DNA of 64,000 nucleotides from positions 102,303-166,302 of the IMG/VR virus record IMGVR_UViG_3300045971_000356. The stretch is one strand, 5' to 3'. The stretch is from a virus. The translations under genes were made by a program, and so were the position numbers. This document shows positions 34,540-45,070 of the stretch, piece by piece (within the stretch, counting starts at the first letter, position 1; every line of letters starts with the position of its first letter). The notes beneath the pieces are model-generated. The model was not told where the DNA came from and ran no database searches. It saw only the letters and a list, made by a program, of their open reading frames with translations.

Positions 34540-37500
34540 ATGGATTTTAATTTTGACACAGGCACGATAACAGACGTTTTAGAACTTGACCCTGGGTCAA
34601 ATGCGTTAAAGATATTAGGCACCGGCGGCCTTGTCATTCCATCAGGAACTACAGCCCAGCGTACAGGTAGTACAAACGCATTGCGTTATAACACAGACAC
34701 TGGTTTGTTTGAGGGTCTCAACTCAGCTACTTGGGTTCCATTTCAAGCTTCAACTACTAATTTAACTGGTATTTCAAATTTATCCGGCACTGGTTTGTTA
34801 TCTCAAACTGGTCCAGGTACATATTCGCAATTAACAATTACTGGCACAGCAAGCAATATTACTGTAACTAACGGCAACGGTGTAGCAGGTAATCCGACAA
34901 TTAACTTAGCAACTGCTGGCACGGCTGGTACATACGTTACGACAACAACTGATGCTTATGGCCGTGTAACTTCTGGCACTACAACGCAAGCATGGTCAAC
35001 ACTTACTGGTACTCCAACAACGTTAGCTGGGTACGCAATAACTGACGCAGTTAAAAATGCTGGATCAGTAGTTAGCTTCCAAGCTGGTGTATTTGCCAGC
35101 CGCCCAACTGCTGGAACAGCAGGCCGCTTCTACTTTGCTACAGACACAAATGCTACATATTATGATACTGGCTCTGCTTGGTTGTTAAACGAAGCAGCAG
35201 TTACTGGTGATGTAGCAATCGCAGCAGGTACAGGTACCGCCACATTAGCAACGGTTAACAGCAACGTAGGAACATTTGGTTCTACCACACAGATTCCAGT
35301 AGTAACAGTTAACGCTAAGGGCTTGGTGACAGCAGTTACCACAGCAAGCATTTCTGGTGCTATCACTTTAACTGGTGACGCAACTGGTACAGGTTCAACT
35401 GGTGGCAATACTGCCGTTACTTTAGCGACAGTTAACAGTAATGTTGGTACATATGGTGATTCAAGTCATGTATCCCAAGTTACTGTAAACGCTAAGGGCT
35501 TAGTAACATCAGCTTCAAACGTAGCAATTCAAAATACAGTAGCTTTAACTGGCGATGTAACTGCGTCTGGAACCACTGCCGGATCAACAGCAGCGACTTT
35601 AGCAACTGTTAACAGCAATGTTGGCGCATTTGGTGATTCAAGCCATGTCGCAACATTCACAGTTAATGCTAAGGGCTTAACAACAGTAGCTGGAAATGTT
35701 TTGATTACACCAGCAGCAATTGGTGCTATTAACGTTAGCCAACTTGGTGTAGCAAACGGTGTAGCAACATTGAACGCAAGCGGCAAGTTATTAGATGCGC
35801 AAATTCCAGCAGCATTGGTTGGCGCGATGGTTTATCAAGGTGTATGGAACGCTACTACCAATAGTCCAGCATTAGTTTCTGGTACAGGCACAAAGGGTAA
35901 CTACTACAAAGTATCAGTAGCAGGCACGACAACGATTGACGGGGTTAACACTTGGAACGTTGGCGACATGATTGTTTACAACGGTACAACGTGGGACAAG
36001 ATTGACGGTTTAGCGACTGAAGTTACAAGCGTATTTGGTCGCGTTGGTGCAGTTACAGCAGCATTAGCAAGTTCAGACTTCGCTAACCAAGGTACTGTAA
36101 CAACAGTATTACACGGTAACGCAAATGGCGCGCCAAGCTGGGGTGCTGTTAGCTTGTCGTCAGACGTTACGGGCACATTGCCAGCAACATCATTCCCAGC
36201 ATTGACTGGTGACATTACTACAACGGTCGGTGCTACGAGCACAACATTGGCAACAGTAAACGCAAACGTTGGAACATTTGGTTCTACATTGTTAGTGCCG
36301 GTGGTAACAGTAAATGGCAAGGGTTTGGTAACTGGTGTAACAACAGCAACTATTCCAAACACAGTAGCATTAACTGGTGACGGTACTGCTTCTGTAACAA
36401 CTGGTGGCAGTGGTGCGTTGACGTTATCAACAGTTAACAGCAACGTTGGTGCATTTGGTTCTAATACACAGGTAGCAACATTTACAGTTAACGGTAAAGG
36501 CTTAGTTACTGCCGCTGGCAACGTAACGATTCCAAATACAGTAGCGTTGACTGGTGATGTAACAGCAACCGGTACAACTGGCGGTTCCGTGGCAGCAACG
36601 TTAGCAACTGTTAACAGCAATGTAGGCTCGTTTGGTTCTGCTACAGCGATCCCAGTAGTAACAGTAAACGGCAAAGGGTTGGTTACTGCGGTGTCAACTG
36701 TTGCGATCTCTGGTAACATTACAGTAACTGGTGACGCAACTGGTACAGGCACGACAGGCGCAAACACTGCTATTACATTGAACACGGTCAACAGCAACGT
36801 TGGCACATTTGGTGATTCTACACACGTTCCAGCGTTTACAGTTAACGCCAAGGGCTTGGTGACAGCAGCAGGCAATATAGCAATTACCGCAGCAGGTACA
36901 GGCGGCGTATCAAACGCAGGTGGTGCTCCAAGTATCCAAGAAGGTACATTAGCTGGACGCCCAGCGGCAGGCACAGCAGGTGCATTGTATGTAACAACTG
37001 ACACTAACATGATCTTCCGCGACACGGGCGCAGCATGGACAGAAATCGGTGAGTCTACTTTACTTTATACTGAAAACGCATCGTCGCCAGTGGCAAGCAC
37101 TGTTTCTGGTACAAACGCAGTATCTATTGGTTCCGGTAACACAGCAAGTGGCGTTTCTTCAGTGGCAACTGGTACTGGTGCAGTAGCATCTAACTATGGT
37201 GCTGAAGTTCATGCAACTGGCTCTTTTACTGCCGCGGGTGATGCACAGACTGGTAAATATGTATTGCGTAACATTACAACTAATGCTACCCAAACGGAAG
37301 TATTTTTAGATGGGTCAGCAGCTCGTATTATATTACCAAATAACAGCGCGATGACATATTCCGCATACGTAGTTGGACGTTGCACTTCTGCAACTGGTAA
37401 TTACGGTGCTTGGAAGATTGAAGGTTTAATTAGACGCGATGCTAATGCAGCAGCTACAGCAATGGTTGGAACACGCAGCAGAACTACGTTAACTGCCGCG

Positions 37501-37626
37501 GCTGGATGGAGTGCTGATGTAACGGCTGATGCAACTAATGGTGCATTAACCTTTAAGGTTACTGGTGCTGCTGGTCAAACAGTACGTTGGGTAGTTACTG
37601 TAATTACGTCAGAATGCACTAATTAA
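34540..37626 (+). CDS. Long tail fibre protein with seven ~59 aa repeats
   Basis: TLATVNSNVGxFG...TVNAKGLVT x7; PTTLAGYAITDA fibre repeat; late promoter upstream. Confidence 0.85.
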   Translation: MDFNFDTGTITDVLELDPGSNALKILGTGGLVIPSGTTAQRTGSTNALRYNTDTGLFEGLNSATWVPFQASTTNLTGISNLSGTGLLSQTGPGTYSQLTITGTASNITVTNGNGVAGNPTINLATAGTAGTYVTTTTDAYGRVTSGTTTQAWSTLTGTPTTLAGYAITDAVKNAGSVVSFQAGVFASRPTAGTAGRFYFATDTNATYYDTGSAWLLNEAAVTGDVAIAAGTGTATLATVNSNVGTFGSTTQIPVVTVNAKGLVTAVTTASISGAITLTGDATGTGSTGGNTAVTLATVNSNVGTYGDSSHVSQVTVNAKGLVTSASNVAIQNTVALTGDVTASGTTAGSTAATLATVNSNVGAFGDSSHVATFTVNAKGLTTVAGNVLITPAAIGAINVSQLGVANGVATLNASGKLLDAQIPAALVGAMVYQGVWNATTNSPALVSGTGTKGNYYKVSVAGTTTIDGVNTWNVGDMIVYNGTTWDKIDGLATEVTSVFGRVGAVTAALASSDFANQGTVTTVLHGNANGAPSWGAVSLSSDVTGTLPATSFPALTGDITTTVGATSTTLATVNANVGTFGSTLLVPVVTVNGKGLVTGVTTATIPNTVALTGDGTASVTTGGSGALTLSTVNSNVGAFGSNTQVATFTVNGKGLVTAAGNVTIPNTVALTGDVTATGTTGGSVAATLATVNSNVGSFGSATAIPVVTVNGKGLVTAVSTVAISGNITVTGDATGTGTTGANTAITLNTVNSNVGTFGDSTHVPAFTVNAKGLVTAAGNIAITAAGTGGVSNAGGAPSIQEGTLAGRPAAGTAGALYVTTDTNMIFRDTGAAWTEIGESTLLYTENASSPVASTVSGTNAVSIGSGNTASGVSSVATGTGAVASNYGAEVHATGSFTAAGDAQTGKYVLRNITTNATQTEVFLDGSAARIILPNNSAMTYSAYVVGRCTSATGNYGAWKIEGLIRRDANAAATAMVGTRSRTTLTAAAGWSADVTADATNGALTFKVTGAAGQTVRWVVTVITSECTN

Positions 37627-37633
37627 GTTTAAA

Positions 37634-37795
37634 ATGGATTACAATAAACATTATACATTATTAATTGACAGAGCAAGACCCCGTATTAAAATAGATGGTG
37701 AAAAATATGAACTACATCATATTTTACCACGGTGTCTTGGCGGGGGCAATAGAAAAATAAATTGTCTAATTGTGAGACCAAATAATGGATTTTAA
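37634..37795 (+). pseudogene. Truncated HNH homing endonuclease
   Basis: MDYNKHY..LI.RA...ELHHILPRCLGG.N, then ends; similar to the N-terminus of 59932. Confidence 0.7.
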
Positions 37796-38972
37796 TAATG
37801 ACTCAGGTACATTAGCAAATGTTGCGGTAATTAGTGGTTTCACTAGTACCGTAGCACTGCAATATTTGGGCGGTGTAGTATTACCAACTGGGGCGACAGC
37901 AGACCGCCCGGCGTCTCCAGTAGTTGGTACTTCTCGCTATAGCTCAACTCTGAATAAAACTGAATATTGGAATGGTTCTGTTTGGCAAACTGACGTTGTC
38001 AGCATTGCTGAATGTACAGATGCTTCAATAACAACCCCAGTATTGAATCAGGTATTGCAATATAATGGTACTAAGTGGACAAATTCATCATCGTCTACTC
38101 CGTCGTCAATATCAGGAACTATAAACACCTGGACTTTAGTTTCTGGTTCCAGATACTATAATGATTTTGTACATGGGTTAGGCACGACTAACGTTGTAAT
38201 TCAATTATATGATTCAACCACGAATGCCTTAATACAAGCTGATAGCTTAGTGCTAACTAACGCCAATACAGTAAGAGTAACGGTTATTGGTAATACAAGG
38301 TCGTTGCATATAGTTGTCATTGCCAATGGCATGTATATTGGTAGTGCTGGTACTTCTATCCTAGAAGGAACCTTTGCTTCTCGACCGCCAGCGGGGGTAG
38401 TAGATCGTTTGTTCTTGTCATATGATACAAAAGTGTTTTATCGTGATAATGGAACGTCGTGGGACATTATGTCTGCGTCGTCGGGCACAGTTAAATCGTA
38501 CACGTTCTATGCTAACAGCTTAGACTCCCCGAATACTGCTGACTTTGCGGTTAACGCATTGGCTCCAGTTATATCAGACCCAGCTAACACTGCGATTAAT
38601 GTTCGCTCATTCAGCAATACAGTTGAACAAGGCGTTGGATTAATGTGCCCGGTTCCGTCTGGATCACAAACAATTACATTCAAGATTCGTGGCAAGCCTA
38701 CCACTGCTCCTGGTACAGCAACTACAGTTACTCACAAAGTTTACTCTAGACAAGTCCCAAACAATGCTGCAATGGGAGCATGGTCAGCAGCAACCACTTT
38801 CACAGCATTAACAGTTCCAACTAATGCCTTTTACCAACTGTACACTCAATCTTATTCATTGGCTGCACTTGGATTAGTCGTTGGTAATACATATCACTTC
38901 GAATTAACTCGCGCAATTGGCGGGCTAGCGAATGCTTGGTTAGTTGTTGAAGTAGTTGTAGAGTTCACATAA
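37785..38972 (+). CDS. Tail fibre protein
   Basis: MDFN N-terminus like 34540; LPTGATADRP; QVLQYNGTKWTN. Confidence 0.8.
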   Translation: MDFNNDSGTLANVAVISGFTSTVALQYLGGVVLPTGATADRPASPVVGTSRYSSTLNKTEYWNGSVWQTDVVSIAECTDASITTPVLNQVLQYNGTKWTNSSSSTPSSISGTINTWTLVSGSRYYNDFVHGLGTTNVVIQLYDSTTNALIQADSLVLTNANTVRVTVIGNTRSLHIVVIANGMYIGSAGTSILEGTFASRPPAGVVDRLFLSYDTKVFYRDNGTSWDIMSASSGTVKSYTFYANSLDSPNTADFAVNALAPVISDPANTAINVRSFSNTVEQGVGLMCPVPSGSQTITFKIRGKPTTAPGTATTVTHKVYSRQVPNNAAMGAWSAATTFTALTVPTNAFYQLYTQSYSLAALGLVVGNTYHFELTRAIGGLANAWLVVEVVVEFT

Positions 38973-38973
38973 C

Positions 38974-39711
38974 ATGGCAGTTCAGTTTACAACCAATGGC
39001 GATTCTTTGGCGAACGCTACCGATACCACGTTCTTCTCATCGTCTACGGCAGCACAGTCCATCAACGTATGGATTAATGCACTCTGGGACGGGGCAGCAA
39101 AAACGAGCAGTATGGTAGGAATGTATAACGCAACTGGAACCACAGCTATTCAAATTGGATCTCGTACCGCAGCGGGACAATGTGATATATGGACTTGGGG
39201 AGGTGGTATAATGATTACCTCTACTGGTATCACGATCCCAGCAAATACTTGGGTTAACATTACATACACGTATGATGGGACGAGCCATCGTCTGTATTAT
39301 AACGGTGTGTTAAATAACACAGTAGTTAACGGAACTGCTCCCCGTACTGCGCAAATTGCAGGTAACCTCAATCAAGTATTCTTGAATGGATTTTCCACTG
39401 GGGCAGCATCCGAAACAGCAACATTTCAAGTTGATACCTACTATTATTATAGTCGTGTTCTGTCAGTTGATGAAATAATGACAATTTACAATGCACGTGG
39501 TAATCGCCATGGTATTGTATATGGATCATTGTTACGATACGAATTCGACGAAGGTGTTCAAGGCGATAATGTTGCATCTATTAGAAATCAAACAACATAT
39601 CCATTGGCAGTTAGTGACTTAGTATCAAACAGTGCTAGAACACCCAAAGTGACTTATGCTCCGGGATCAGTTAACAGTAATCTCAGAGTTCCGCTTGGGT
39701 GCAACGGATAA
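38974..39711 (+). CDS. LamG/concanavalin-A-like virion protein
   Basis: WVNITYTYDG...LYYNG...YSRVLS..EI. Confidence 0.8.
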   Translation: MAVQFTTNGDSLANATDTTFFSSSTAAQSINVWINALWDGAAKTSSMVGMYNATGTTAIQIGSRTAAGQCDIWTWGGGIMITSTGITIPANTWVNITYTYDGTSHRLYYNGVLNNTVVNGTAPRTAQIAGNLNQVFLNGFSTGAASETATFQVDTYYYYSRVLSVDEIMTIYNARGNRHGIVYGSLLRYEFDEGVQGDNVASIRNQTTYPLAVSDLVSNSARTPKVTYAPGSVNSNLRVPLGCNG

Positions 39712-39719
39712 ATATCATT

Positions 39720-40802
39720 ATGACTACAGAAATACTTGGATCAATTACATACGCAGAAACTCCCACAGTTAATGGAACTGCGGTGCTACTCAATGGCAGT
39801 AACCCAACTTCTGCAAATATTACCTTTGGTAATGTTGACGCATCTGGTACATTAACCGCAGTAAACCTGTCAGGAACAAATACTGGTGATCAAGTTATTC
39901 CGACCACATTGCCGGCGTCAGATGTATTTGCTTGGGCCAAAGCAGCAACAAAACCAACTTATACTTACACTGAAGTTGGTGCGCAAGTAGCAGGAAGTTA
40001 TTCAGCGGCAGTTCACGCCCATGCGACCACAGATATTACTGGGTTTGCCGCTGCGGCATTAGCGGCTGCGCCAGCAGAAACTACTGTTACTATTAAGACT
40101 GCGTTGGGTATTACTACACTAAGTGGTTCGAATACAGGTGACCAAACAATTACATTAACTGGCGATGTCACTGGATCAGGCACTGGCAGTTTTGCTGCTA
40201 CTTTATCAAATATCGGAACTGCTGGTACTTATACAACAGTAACTACAGATGCAACTGGTCGCGTTACGGGTGGATCAGCGACACAATCATGGTCAACAAT
40301 TACTGCTACACCAACAACACTGGCTGGCTATGGAATCACTGACGGTGGTGGCGGAACTGCATCAGTGTTACAGACATTAGTTACAGCAGTTCCGGCAGCA
40401 TCAGGAACATCAACTATTACGTTAAACAATAGTACGCCAACAATTACCAGTGGTACTCAACTATGGTCTCAAGTGATTACCCCGTCATTGGTATCAAGCA
40501 AAGTTGCATTGCGCGGAACATTTATTGTTTCTCACGCTACTGCGGCAAGAACTGTGGTAGCGATGGTGTTTAGGGGGTCAACTTGTATTTCAGTGGTAGC
40601 ACAATACTGTGGTACCACAGCAAATACAATTAATACATTGCCAATTTCAATTGTTGATTCTCCAGCAGCGACAACAGCTCAAACATATTCAATCCGTATT
40701 GCAGGATCAGGCACTGGCACTTGGTATGTTGGGCAAACAGGGACACCATATTTCGCAGGGCTATTAGCAACGAGCGATATTTTAACACAGGAATTAGCAT
40801 AA
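39720..40802 (+). CDS. Tail fibre protein
   Basis: SGTNTGDQ, KPTYT..EVGA, PTTLAGYGITD; ATAAATA just upstream. Confidence 0.8.
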   Translation: MTTEILGSITYAETPTVNGTAVLLNGSNPTSANITFGNVDASGTLTAVNLSGTNTGDQVIPTTLPASDVFAWAKAATKPTYTYTEVGAQVAGSYSAAVHAHATTDITGFAAAALAAAPAETTVTIKTALGITTLSGSNTGDQTITLTGDVTGSGTGSFAATLSNIGTAGTYTTVTTDATGRVTGGSATQSWSTITATPTTLAGYGITDGGGGTASVLQTLVTAVPAASGTSTITLNNSTPTITSGTQLWSQVITPSLVSSKVALRGTFIVSHATAARTVVAMVFRGSTCISVVAQYCGTTANTINTLPISIVDSPAATTAQTYSIRIAGSGTGTWYVGQTGTPYFAGLLATSDILTQELA

Positions 40803-40803
40803 A

Positions 40804-41259
40804 ATGGCATACACCTACATTCAAGCGATAGGGTTGGGTTTTCCAGGAGTTGAGTGCCACGCACTTGGTGATGGATCAGTTTACGCAGACATTGTCTGGG
40901 ACGCAGGCGTCGCAATGCCGTCACAAGCAACATTAGATTCTTGGATTGCCGCAAATCCAGAAACAGTTTCAGTTAAAATTACGGTATTAGCATTGCGAAA
41001 TCGCTTTACTCAAACTGAAAAAGTAACATTAGAGATGGCAGCATTAGACAATCCGGCAGCCACATCACAGCAACGTCAGTTAGCTGCCGGTATTCGAGTA
41101 ATGATGGCAGACTTAAATGTGGCAACATTCGTTGATGTAACTCGACCAGACACGATCGCAGGAATTCATTCGTTAGAAACGTATGGTCTCATTGCTGCTG
41201 GCCGTGCTGCACAAATTCTATCAACAGATACTCTTCTCATTGAACAATATAAGGAATAA
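40804..41259 (+). CDS. Tail-fibre-associated protein
   Basis: Paralog of 41505 and 32123. Confidence 0.7.
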   Translation: MAYTYIQAIGLGFPGVECHALGDGSVYADIVWDAGVAMPSQATLDSWIAANPETVSVKITVLALRNRFTQTEKVTLEMAALDNPAATSQQRQLAAGIRVMMADLNVATFVDVTRPDTIAGIHSLETYGLIAAGRAAQILSTDTLLIEQYKE

Positions 41260-41263
41260 TATC

Positions 41264-41482
41264 ATGGCAACATCAATTAAAACAAAAAAATTAGTTTACG
41301 AAGCAACAAAAGTTTCAGTAAAACAAAGTGATGTGGTGCAAACTGCTGCATTGGGCGCAGTTACGGTTGAAAGCATTCACGCAGCAAGAAAGAAATCAGG
41401 GCACGGTAGTATAACACTTAAATTGCCAGACGGTCGTTTATGTGATTATTCTCCAGCCGTAATAAATGCCATTTGGCAATAA
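41264..41482 (+). CDS. Hypothetical protein
   Basis: AAGGA RBS before MATSIK. Confidence 0.6.
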   Translation: MATSIKTKKLVYEATKVSVKQSDVVQTAALGAVTVESIHAARKKSGHGSITLKLPDGRLCDYSPAVINAIWQ

Positions 41483-41504
41483 ATAAGTGTAAAGGATAGT
41501 AACA

Positions 41505-41933
41505 ATGGCAATTTCATATTTAGACGCAATACGTCAAGGATTCCCGACAGTAATGGCAGTGTCGCTTGGCGACCCGTTTATCTACTCAAACATAGATTGG
41601 ACTGGTGGCGATGCTATTCCGTCACAAGATGATTTAGATTTGTGGATCAGTCAGAATCCAGGTTGGAATCCAACTATGGAACTTACTAAGTATCAATTTA
41701 GGCAACTGTTCACGTTGAACGAAAAAGTTGCGATCGATAACTTCAAAGATAATCCAGGTATTCCAGCGAATTACAAAGCAATTTTAGTGTCAGTGATGAA
41801 GGATTTAGAGTTATCTGAGGTTGTTCACTTGGATAATCCACAAGTCGCACAAGGTATTGCGCTATTAGAACAATTGGGATTGCTCGCGGCCGGTAGGGGC
41901 ACACAGATAATGTCTAACACTGCACCAGTATAG
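41505..41933 (+). CDS. Tail-fibre-associated protein
   Basis: Paralog of 40804. Confidence 0.7.
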   Translation: MAISYLDAIRQGFPTVMAVSLGDPFIYSNIDWTGGDAIPSQDDLDLWISQNPGWNPTMELTKYQFRQLFTLNEKVAIDNFKDNPGIPANYKAILVSVMKDLELSEVVHLDNPQVAQGIALLEQLGLLAAGRGTQIMSNTAPV

Positions 41934-41956
41934 GTTTTATTAAAGGAGAGACCACT

Positions 41957-42649
41957 ATGATTTCTAAATTAGTAACAGCTTGGTTATGGTCAAAGGTCGT
42001 GGCCAAGGCAAAAACAGAAGCAGGAATGCAACTGTTTTACAAGTTTATAGATTGGGGTACGGTTGCCATTGGCAACGTATCATGGAAATCAAAACGTGTG
42101 ATGACTGATGCTGATCGTGATGTGTTGCGGCAAAAGCTGGAAAAAGACTACTACATTATTTTAACAATGCATCGTGGGTTTCTGTCATCGTGGGCAATAG
42201 CGATAGCGCATTTCTTTATGACATGGAAGTTTGGCTATTATGCACACGTTTTGATGAACTTAGAAGACACAGTGTCAACTGATGCTGATTATAAATTTAT
42301 TGAAGCAACGAGACTTGGCACTCAGTATTCAGGATTTGACCACGTGTTCAATCAGCAAACAAGTTCAGTAGCATTGCTAAGACCAAAATATATGACATTA
42401 GATCATTGGACTGAAGTTTTGGATCGCTCACGCACTTATTTGGGTCGTCCATACGATACGTTATTTGATTTGTCGAGTGACCAGAAGTTGAGTTGTGTTG
42501 AATTAGTACGTGACGCATTACGTGGTGAACCACACTACGAGCGTGACTTTGCTAACTTCGAAGCGATGATTACTAAATCGAAAAACTTAGACCCACAAAT
42601 GTTTTATGAGTGCACAGACTTTGTAGTTGAGTGGGAAGTAAGGCACTAA
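41957..42649 (+). CDS. Permuted papain-like NlpC/P60 (YiiX/YebB-like) enzyme
   Basis: YAHV...IEA...LGRPYD..F...SCVELV (His before Cys). Confidence 0.8.
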   Translation: MISKLVTAWLWSKVVAKAKTEAGMQLFYKFIDWGTVAIGNVSWKSKRVMTDADRDVLRQKLEKDYYIILTMHRGFLSSWAIAIAHFFMTWKFGYYAHVLMNLEDTVSTDADYKFIEATRLGTQYSGFDHVFNQQTSSVALLRPKYMTLDHWTEVLDRSRTYLGRPYDTLFDLSSDQKLSCVELVRDALRGEPHYERDFANFEAMITKSKNLDPQMFYECTDFVVEWEVRH

Positions 42650-42700
42650 ATTTAGTCATTTACGTTTGACTTAACATGCCTTGTTTTACTATAATCAGGC

Positions 42701-43075
42701 ATGTCTTTATATAACTACGCATCACCACAGCAGCACCAAACGGCTTACCCGCCACAGCCTGGGCCAAATCCCCCAGCCAGTGGGTTAACATCTGGCACGA
42801 TCATAGCAGCAAACACTGGGCCTTATACGATTGCAAACTCAGGAGTACAAACTGGGTTAAATATAACAGGCAGCATATCATCATCATCAACTGTACACGC
42901 ATCTGATGTTTTACTTGACGGAGTTAGCGTTAAGGAATCACTGGCAACACTGGCTAAGATAAACGAGCGTTTAGCGATTTTGGTACCTGACCCTTCCAAA
43001 CTTGAAAAATTTGCAGCACTCAAAGCGGCGTATGCTGACTATTTGCTACTTGAAAAATTGTGTACTGACGCATGA
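42701..43075 (+). CDS. Hypothetical phage protein
   Basis: Leaderless start after a promoter; INERLAIL.P motif. Confidence 0.7.
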   Translation: MSLYNYASPQQHQTAYPPQPGPNPPASGLTSGTIIAANTGPYTIANSGVQTGLNITGSISSSSTVHASDVLLDGVSVKESLATLAKINERLAILVPDPSKLEKFAALKAAYADYLLLEKLCTDA

Positions 43076-43458
43076 ACTTCATGTACAAAGAACGGCTTAA
43101 AGGGTTGTGTGACAAGTACAAGATCAAAATACTTGACGACAATAGGCGAACGCCAGTGTTGCTCGCAAACGAATATTTTGTTGAGCCAACAGATAAAAAC
43201 ATAGCGACAACTGTGAGAGTCGTAGATACAGAGCCGCTTGTGACGCTTGAAATCCCACTAAGCAAGTTTAACTTACTTGCTGCCGTTGAGGCAAAGTTTT
43301 TCAACAACGAATACGATATCGGGCATCGCAAAGTGTTTGAAAACATGATGGACATACATCAAGAGGAAAAGGTATTACGCGAGCAGTATCCCGCAGTGGC
43401 AGATGCGTATTCAGCCTACAGCACATTGTTACATTTGTGTAAAATTCAGTCAAAATAG
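43072..43458 (+). CDS. Hypothetical protein
   Basis: ATGA overlap. Confidence 0.7.
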   Translation: MNFMYKERLKGLCDKYKIKILDDNRRTPVLLANEYFVEPTDKNIATTVRVVDTEPLVTLEIPLSKFNLLAAVEAKFFNNEYDIGHRKVFENMMDIHQEEKVLREQYPAVADAYSAYSTLLHLCKIQSK

Positions 43459-43503
43459 AGCCATTTCTTTAGGTAATCTTCACTTTTTGTGCTATTATAG
43501 CGT

Positions 43504-44016
43504 ATGATTAAACTAAAACCTATCGCATACTTACTCGTGGGAGTGCCTGGCTCTGGCAAATCCACTTGGGCTGACCCATACTTGACGAAAGATGGATTTC
43601 AGTTAGTGTCCACTGACGCTTACATTGAAAACACTGCTACAATGCTTGGCAAAACTTACGGAGAAATCTTCAAGGCTACCATTGGCGAAGCAACCAAAAT
43701 AATGGAAGACAGCATCAACAAATTCATGGCTGCGTCACAAAACATGGTGTGGGATCAAACCAACTTGAGCATGAAGTCGCGACGTGAAAAGTTGAACAAG
43801 TTACTTGACGCTGGGTACGATGTAACTGCGGTTGCGTTTGAAATCCCAACCACAGAGTTGGAAAATCGTCGCAAGTCTCGTGAGTTGGCAACTGGTAAGC
43901 ACATTCCCGCAAACATCTGCGAAAGCATGGGGAAGACTTATCAACGCCCAACACGGTTAGAAGGATTCAAGCGTGTTATTATTGTGACACCTGATGGAGA
44001 AATTGAAGGGGGTTAA
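43504..44016 (+). CDS. P-loop polynucleotide-kinase-like protein (AAA_33)
   Basis: GVPGSGKST, STD, WDQTN, P...EGF. Confidence 0.85.
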   Translation: MIKLKPIAYLLVGVPGSGKSTWADPYLTKDGFQLVSTDAYIENTATMLGKTYGEIFKATIGEATKIMEDSINKFMAASQNMVWDQTNLSMKSRREKLNKLLDAGYDVTAVAFEIPTTELENRRKSRELATGKHIPANICESMGKTYQRPTRLEGFKRVIIVTPDGEIEGG

Positions 44017-44017
44017 C

Positions 44018-44149
44018 ATGAAAGAGTACGATGAAGATGACCCAATCAACCCAGGGCGTGGTTTAGCGAATGGGTTGATTTTAAGTGCCATTGTGTGGGG
44101 CATTGTGTGGGGCATTGTGTATGGCATCTACTATGTTTTCTCGCGTTAA
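44018..44149 (+). CDS. Small membrane peptide (43 aa) with a 12-bp repeat
   Basis: IVWGIVWGIVYG encoded by tandem GGCATTGTGTGG. Confidence 0.55.
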   Translation: MKEYDEDDPINPGRGLANGLILSAIVWGIVWGIVYGIYYVFSR

Positions 44150-44189
44150 ATATGCTCTGTTAAAAATTCTCGGGATTCAGCATAAATAT

Positions 44190-44576
44190 ATGATGAGTCC
44201 CGTACCAGCTTACATTGAAAAAAACGACACAGATCACAAAGAGATATTAGATCACTTTGCAACATTACCTGCTGGTGAAGTACAGCAACTTGCATGGTTG
44301 TACACGAGCATGGACTTGCTTGTTGAACACTTCTCGTATGAAGAGCAATGGATGACAAGCGTTGGCTACCCTGGTTTTGAACTGCACCAACAAGTACACA
44401 AGGAATATTTACGGTTGCTGATGAACATCATCACTGACACCTCAAAACACCCAGAGAACATTACTGACAGCATCACAATGTTCACCAGAGCAATCAAAAC
44501 GCACAAAGAAGCAGAAACCATGTCGCTTCATTTGTACTATACGGACACCGTTCCAGCGCCTTTAGGCTTGACATAG
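44190..44576 (+). CDS. Hemerythrin-domain protein
   Basis: DH, HFSYEE, HQQVH, HKEAE; ATAAATA upstream. Confidence 0.8.
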   Translation: MMSPVPAYIEKNDTDHKEILDHFATLPAGEVQQLAWLYTSMDLLVEHFSYEEQWMTSVGYPGFELHQQVHKEYLRLLMNIITDTSKHPENITDSITMFTRAIKTHKEAETMSLHLYYTDTVPAPLGLT

Positions 44577-44616
44577 CGTTTATTTTGTGTTATACTGTGA
44601 ATACCACAGTAAAAAC

Positions 44617-45069
44617 ATGAATAACATGAAAAAAATCATTATCATGGACATTGATGGCACTATCGCCAACATTACGCATCGTCGCGCCTATGTGCAACTG
44701 CGTCCAAAGAACTGGCCAGCGTTTAACCGCGCCATGGTTAAGGACACGATTTATCCAGATATTCTGTGGATGTACAACGTGCTAAAAAACCAGGAAGACA
44801 CGCTAATGTTTATCGCATCAGGCCGTGGCGAGGAAAACCGTGACGTTACTGAAAAGTGGCTGGCTGACAACGGTATTGAATACATGAATCTGTTTATGCG
44901 CCCAGCAAAAGATCATCGCCAGGACAACATCATCAAGTTTGAAATCCTGGAACAAATCCGCAGGGAATACGGTGAGCCGTTCATGGTGTTTGACGATAGA
45001 GATCAAGTTGTTAACATGTGGCGTGAGAACGGTGTTCGCTGCATGCAAGTTTCCCCAGGCGATTTTTAG
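44617..45069 (+). CDS. HAD polynucleotide 3'-phosphatase (PseT C-domain-like)
   Basis: DIDGT, SGR, LFMR, FDDR..VV.MWR. Confidence 0.88.
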   Translation: MNNMKKIIIMDIDGTIANITHRRAYVQLRPKNWPAFNRAMVKDTIYPDILWMYNVLKNQEDTLMFIASGRGEENRDVTEKWLADNGIEYMNLFMRPAKDHRQDNIIKFEILEQIRREYGEPFMVFDDRDQVVNMWRENGVRCMQVSPGDF

Positions 45070-45070
45070 T

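Noticed and set aside
34540-41933. Diversity-generating retroelement or invertible tail fibre locus
   Set aside because: No reverse transcriptase or invertase in the window, and no adenine-only mismatched repeat pair was noticed
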